NCBI RefSeq assembly: GCF_964355755.1
Contig: NC_092674.1
Location: 29,574,001 to 29,638,000, forward strand
Origin: Antedon mediterranea
Lineage: Eukaryota > Animalia > Echinodermata
DNA: 64,000 bases
Direction: 5' to 3'
Shown: one piece after another, positions 45,494-64,000 of the stretch
How the letters are laid out: each line of letters opens with the position of its first letter
How positions within the stretch are numbered: position 1 is the first letter of the stretch
Translations under genes and position numbers: made by a program
The notes under the pieces: model-generated
Told to the model about the DNA's origin: nothing
Database searches by the model: none
The model's input: only the letters and a program-made list of their open reading frames with translations

Positions 45494-46314
45494 AGCCAAA
45501 GGCCCGGTGGCGGCACCCCAAACTTCAAGATGCTAGTAATATTTTCACTAGCATAGATACTAATGTATTGCTGTTGAGTGGAGGTATTGTGTACTCGCTG
45601 ATCTTCCTAAAAAACCAAGCCTATAAAATTAAAAAGTATTATAGTATAGAGTTAAATCATCATGGTGAAATATTAATATTAATGTTACTGTGAAATAATA
45701 ATTCTTCATTCATTTTATCTTCACATTCATGCCTGTATTTAATTTAGATGAGATGGATAAATAATTGATACCCTAATTTTGATTCATTTTGTCATCTACA
45801 AATAAATAGGCCTACCCTACAACTGTTGTAATGTAAAATGGGTTGGGTGGGTTGGACCAACCAATGCAAGTAAAGAAACGTGCTGCATAGCTCAGGAGAC
45901 AGGCGCGGCATGGATATATCGTCTCGCTCGTCAAAATGCTCATATCCAGGACATTCGTTTAAAATACTACTATATTTCATCAAACTTACTATTGTAAATG
46001 TCTATTGGACACCATTCGAAATTAATTAGCAAACAAACATAAGGAAATCCGTCCAGTTTTACCAAATTAATTAGCTTAGTTTAGCCAGCCTCAGCGGCTG
46101 ATGTCAAATTATGAACAAAACAATCAATTGCGCCCTCTGGAAGTACAGATATTATCTCTATCTTTGGATATCTTTGATAATACCATGGAGTTAAACTCCA
46201 TGATTGTATACTGTATATATATATATAAACACATCAGGCATAGACCATTAATTCTAAATCGCCCGGTGATTTACTGAAATTGAATTAATCAATTTATATA
46301 TATATAATATAATT

Positions 46315-46490
46315 CCTTCACTTGCACTGATGAAGGGCTAGTGTTGCCCGAAAGCTCTGCTAACTTTTCTGGCTGTTTACTTTATCGTTTTGATTTAGCT
46401 TTTCGCTTTTTATTTTTGTATCTCCATTGAGATCCAGCCACTGATACCCACAGCATTGTCATTTTTTTCAGTAATTTGCCTTTGGATATA
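46315..46490 (+). mobile_element. Penelope-like element fragment with a minimal type I hammerhead ribozyme motif (46322-46363), between (TA)n tracts
   Basis: TTGCA-CTGATGA-A-GGGC-TAGTGTT-GCCC-GAAA-GCTC-TGCTAA; a second copy is split between 21423-21492 and 22130-22212. Confidence 0.65.
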
Positions 46491-46613
46491 TATATATATA
46501 TAAATCAAAGAGCTGCATAGGCAGGATATAGAAAAAAATCAAGATCAAATAAGTTAAAACTGCCTCAATATAAGTTTATTTTTACGACATGTTTCGGGCA
46601 TAGCCCACCACTC

Positions 46614-46645
<32 letters not shown>

Positions 46646-47154
46646 TGTAGAGTACTGTTGAGCTGTCAGTGTCAGTAAATAAAATTTAATTATGCAATGA
46701 ATTGAAAATCTCAGTTGTGCATTGTTTAAATGAAAAAAAAAACATTTATTTGCAAAAATATGTGAGTAGTCGTGCACAATTGTATATTTTTAAAAGAATC
46801 ATAGAAAAAAATTATTGAAACTTAAATGATTAGCACCTAGATAATAATTTTCATCAACTTTATCACAATAATCATTATTTCTTTGTTCAATTCATTACAT
46901 AAACATTTTTAAAATCTACAATCAGAAAAAAAAAATGGTAAAAAAATGTAAACCATACTAAAAGGTTGAAATCATCAATATGTTGAATAAAAAGTGCATA
47001 AACTTGATATTAATAATAAAAGTATATAATATTAATAATACATTTGCCATACAAAAGATAATATTGAAATGATTTAATATTATTGCTCTTAAGTTTAGTC
47101 ACCATATAACTACTAACTTATGCATTTTGTGTACTAATTACTAATTAAGCATTA

Positions 47155-47847
47155 AGCTCCGTCTATACTATCAAACTTTGTGACAAAAAAATGTGATGTG
47201 CCCATATATGAACATGATGTCATATCACTATCATATTTGGGCACATCACACTTTTTTTGTCAAACTAGTTTGTTAGGTGTAGACAAAGCTTAGTTTATTC
47301 AATGTGTATCATTGTATATCATTAGTTGTCTATCCTATTCATTGAGTAAAGCTATCTACACTATCAAACTTTATGTGACAAAAAATGTGATGTGCCCATA
47401 TATGGACATGATGATGTCATATCACTACCATATTTGGGCATATCACTACCATATTTAGGCACATTTTTTGTCAAACTAGTTTGATAGTGTAGACAGAGCT
47501 TTAGGTTCAGAACCTCTAATTATACCCAATTCACATGTACAAAAAACTTACAAAATGTTACCTTGATAAAAACATGTGAAAAAATATAAAAATGACATTC
47601 TCAAAACAATTTGAATCTTCACAGGTCTAAGTAGCAGCAAGGCATATAAAGCTCTGTCTACACTATCAAACTTTATGTGACAAAAAATGTGATGTGCCCA
47701 TATATGGACATGATGATGTCATATTAATACCATATTTGGGCACACACTGTTTAGTATAACAGTTTTATTCTACACTGTACATAAAGCTGTCTACATCCAT
47801 ATATGGACACAATGATGTCAAACTAGTTTGATAGTGTGGCCAGAGCC
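47155..47847. mobile_element. Cluster of three ~140-bp MITEs (PIF/Harbinger-like, TAA/TTA flanks); further copies at ~6594-6746, 15331-15434, 39820-39920, 48988-49127, 51522-51661, 53537-53680, 54261-54399
   Basis: TIR AGCTCTGTCTACACTATCAAACT ... AGTTTGATAGTGTAGACAGAGCT with internal GTGATGTGCCC/GGGCACATCAC symmetry. Confidence 0.85.
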
Positions 47848-48741
47848 TAAAGATTACATCAATCTAAACACAGCAGTATAATTGTTATGCACGCATTTAA
47901 TTTTAATAGTATGCTGCATGCTCAACTAGATCATATGTTCTGAAATGTTTCTTATACTACATTGCACCTTTTATAAACCATGTTTGCTATTTACATTATT
48001 TATGAATTTATCTGATTTTCAAAGTAATGCGCAGTTTAAAGACACACATACTGTATTTATCATTAAACATGTCTATTATCAAACCACACAAGATACTATT
48101 ATACCTGATGATGATGATGATTTGGATATAAGGCAGTGGAGATGAGACAGATAAGAAAGATAAATGGAGCTGGTAGTGCCCTTTCACGTGACCATGGTTT
48201 TGACATATATACAACACTACCTTTGTCAATGTTCACCAAATTGTATAAATGGGTACCAGATGCAGATTCATTTTTAAATTAAGGGCAATGGAGGGTAAGA
48301 GTGTGGGATGGGGTGCAGGGCCCAAAAACTTCACCCAAGCTTTTGCAATGTAATTCTTAAAAGTTAATTGGGGTCGGGATACACCTATCGGTCAAGCTAA
48401 TGTTGGATGATTTCTACCAACACACCACCCTACTAATTCCGCAACTAAGTACACATATTTACAACAGTACAGGATAAATTATTTAAAGATAAATGCATGT
48501 TATTCTATAATGCAATTAATATCATTATTAATTAAGCTTATACATTACGTTATTTTCTTGTACAATATACAATATTATGTATGTAATATAAAATGTACAC
48601 AAGCATCATAATTTAAACGTAAATATATTATTATACAATGTAATATAATATTACTGTTAATACATATAATATAATATAAAATAATTTGTAATAAAATATA
48701 TATTATGCACATGATTGTCAATAAGTTGTCAGTGAGTTGTC

Positions 48742-61373
<12,632 letters not shown>

Positions 61374-63535
61374 AATTATCAACAAATTCTACAGAATATA
61401 ATAATTATTAACAAGCCCAGCAAAGTAAATTTTTGCCAGATAAATGTGCCGTGCCTGTCCGTCAACTGACTGGTGGAAAATATTATAGAAAATCGACTCT
61501 GTTATTGTCAGGTGCCGCAAACAGCCACAATACACACGCTCCATCGATTCTGAATAAAAACCTATCGCCCACAATAATACATGATATAAATATAGAAGAA
61601 AGGTTTGAATGAGTCATATGTCGAACAAAATGTGTTTCAATATTAGGTTACTAAATTTAATTGAGGGTCATGTTTTTAATGGCGTAAATTAAACATTAAT
61701 GTTAGTGTTCCCTGTGTTTTGGCGCACTATTGGTTACTGGCTATTTGATGTGCCGTATGGACTGAACGCTTATGATTAGGCCTACATGATACAAGTATAT
61801 GCATATACTGTATTACATCTCGTTTGTTAGATTGAATAGGAGCCACGTACAGGCATGTACGCTCAACTAATAAACTGTATACACATTAGTGACGTCATTT
61901 TTCTTCAAAAGAACTTGGTTAAACATGCTAAAGCCCTTAAAAGTACAAGGCGTCCTTTTACCAGCTGCTGAACTGATAGATTGACGCGATGCGTCAAAAA
62001 CGCGAACTACGTCAAACGCGCAAATACTGGGTTAAAAAAGCGCGAACGAGCAAACTCAACAATTTGAAAAAAAGAAAGATGTCTACAATGGTTTATGTTA
62101 ATGACATTTTCGAAACCAATTATGGCATTTAGGCCTATAATATTAAGTATGTTATTATACATTTAATCATGACATTACGTAGCTGTAACAATCACGATTG
62201 AGTATACCACCAATATTTATACAAGGTTGACATAACAATTGTGCACATATGATATTTAATTCATGTGTTAACAAAATCAAAATAATTTAATTATATTTAA
62301 AAGAAAATGATGTAGAGCGCCGTTTAAGCTTGTGTTCACACTCTGAAGCAACGCACTATGAAGTACGCATCCAATTACAAGCGGCAGTTCGAATCTATCG
62401 CGTCGAAACTTGACTGTGTTGCGCTTACGTTACGTCCTTGCGTTTCATCCTAGTGGGGTCGGAAGCTTTAACTCGACAATGATAGTGGTTGATTTTTCAC
62501 TTTCAATGAAATTCAACCTGTTAAAATTATTCACTTGTCCATATATAGGCTTAAAACAGAATAGAAAAGAATAAGTCATTGTTTTCAAGTTTATTAAACC
62601 GTTGTTATTGTCAAACTACATTCCATACTTATGATTGAGCCAATTCAGCCTTTGAATTGTGGTATTAATACGTACACAAACGCGTGAGTGTATTGCGGAA
62701 GACCCCCGATACGCTTGGACGAATTGGTAACGGTCAGGTGAACATATTGCGGTTAATCAAAGTTAAATAAATATATCACAAAGTAGTGCCGATGTATAGA
62801 GGGCAATATTCGCACCTAATCCTACCGTCTATCTACAAACGTAATAAAGTTCCGAGTGTACAATCAATTCAACAATACAACGATAAATAGTAAACAGCTG
62901 TAGCACTATTTCGATATAAGTTAAGATATTGCCCCATTGAATAAAAATCTCGTTTTAAAAATGTGTTCTTGAATATTGAATACAAAAAAGTTGAACCAAT
63001 TTTGCGGAAGTGAATAACTTTATTAAAACTACAAAATGGTCTATTCAACAGTAGTCTTCTTTAACACCAAACATTATTTACTACCAGCTTTATAAGTGCA
63101 GAAAATGATTTATATTTTGCTATAATGGTAAACACTTCAGCTGCTGAACAAACGATTTTAAAGCTTGAACGCAACGCAAGAAAGTAAGCAGCGCATCGCG
63201 CGGTAATTTGACCAATCACGATGTGATCCAAAACTGTGATTGGTCAACTCAGTGAGTTGCGCTCCGTCACTGCGTTGCATCCAAGTCTACTAAAGCTTGG
63301 TTCCCACTAGAGACGCAACGCAAGGACGTAACGCAACATTAGTGATTTGTCATTGGTCAACTCACTCGTCAATACGTCACATCCTGTACGAACATAAGGT
63401 GAACGTACAGTTAGTCAATAATTATACTGAACCCTTGTTTATATCATTAATATTAGTTTGTGTATGCGGCGGAAAACAAATGAGTATTAGGCCTACTTAT
63501 CTTATCATCCGGGGTTACGTACGCTGATATAGGCA

Positions 63536-63656
63536 TATAAAAGAGCAAAGAAGTGAGCAGTTATTGGTCTGTAGTCGTCGTAGTCGTTGGGTAAACTGAT
63601 AAAATATCACAGATAATCAAAGATCTAAGCCATTGGACTAGTCTTCATAGTTAAAG
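63536..63656 (+). promoter_or_regulatory. Possible TATA promoter and first non-coding exon of a downstream gene
   Basis: TATAAAAG at 63536 followed ~115 bp later by a consensus donor AAG|GTAAGT; no coding evidence in the window. Confidence 0.35.
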
Positions 63657-64000
63657 GTAAGTCTTTTTCAGTTTTTTCTTTTCTAAAATCATAATTTTGT
63701 AATGATTATTTCCATCTTTTTTAAACGGATAATTGTTTAATACTGCCATATAAGGCTTAGGAGTTATTGTTGTACTTTGGATTCAACAATACAGCAATGT
63801 ATAACAGAGATAATAGTGATTTTTCTTGATTCAGAAAATGAATGTCCTATGGATATTTTATAGTAATACACTGTATGCTTACAAAAAAAGTTCTTTAATT
63901 TTGGAAATTTCCAATAAGATTGTTATCATAGGTTCTCGCAAATTGGACACTGGCAAAATTAAAGATACAGCTTGTAACTGGTAGGCCTACACGTCACATC

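Overview
AT-rich, intron-containing animal DNA, most likely an invertebrate deuterostome such as an echinoderm (inferred, not proven). Genes in order: 3' end of cathepsin O (+), a 10-exon tryptophan 2,3-dioxygenase (-), DDIAS (+), a tandemly duplicated RAB30 locus (-) whose first coding intron hosts an antisense single-CDS-exon Mab-21/cGAS-like receptor (cGLR, +), and an 18-exon SUSD2/Mesh-like membrane protein (-). The two RAB30/cGLR copies decayed reciprocally: the left copy keeps an intact cGLR but its RAB30 is broken, and the right copy keeps RAB30 but its cGLR is frameshifted. The 16.7-36.0 kb region is a nested transposon stack: a TTAA MITE, inside it a second TTAA MITE, and inside that two 8.5-9.9 kb non-coding foldback elements with 7-bp target duplications. 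Each foldback element carries inverted arrays of ~100-bp hairpin repeats whose core motif matches its own terminal repeat. Also present are several CATGGA...TCCATG mini-palindromes with 7-bp target duplications that look like P-element excision footprints, and Penelope-type minimal hammerhead ribozyme motifs. All calls were read by eye; repeat boundaries and copy numbers are approximate.
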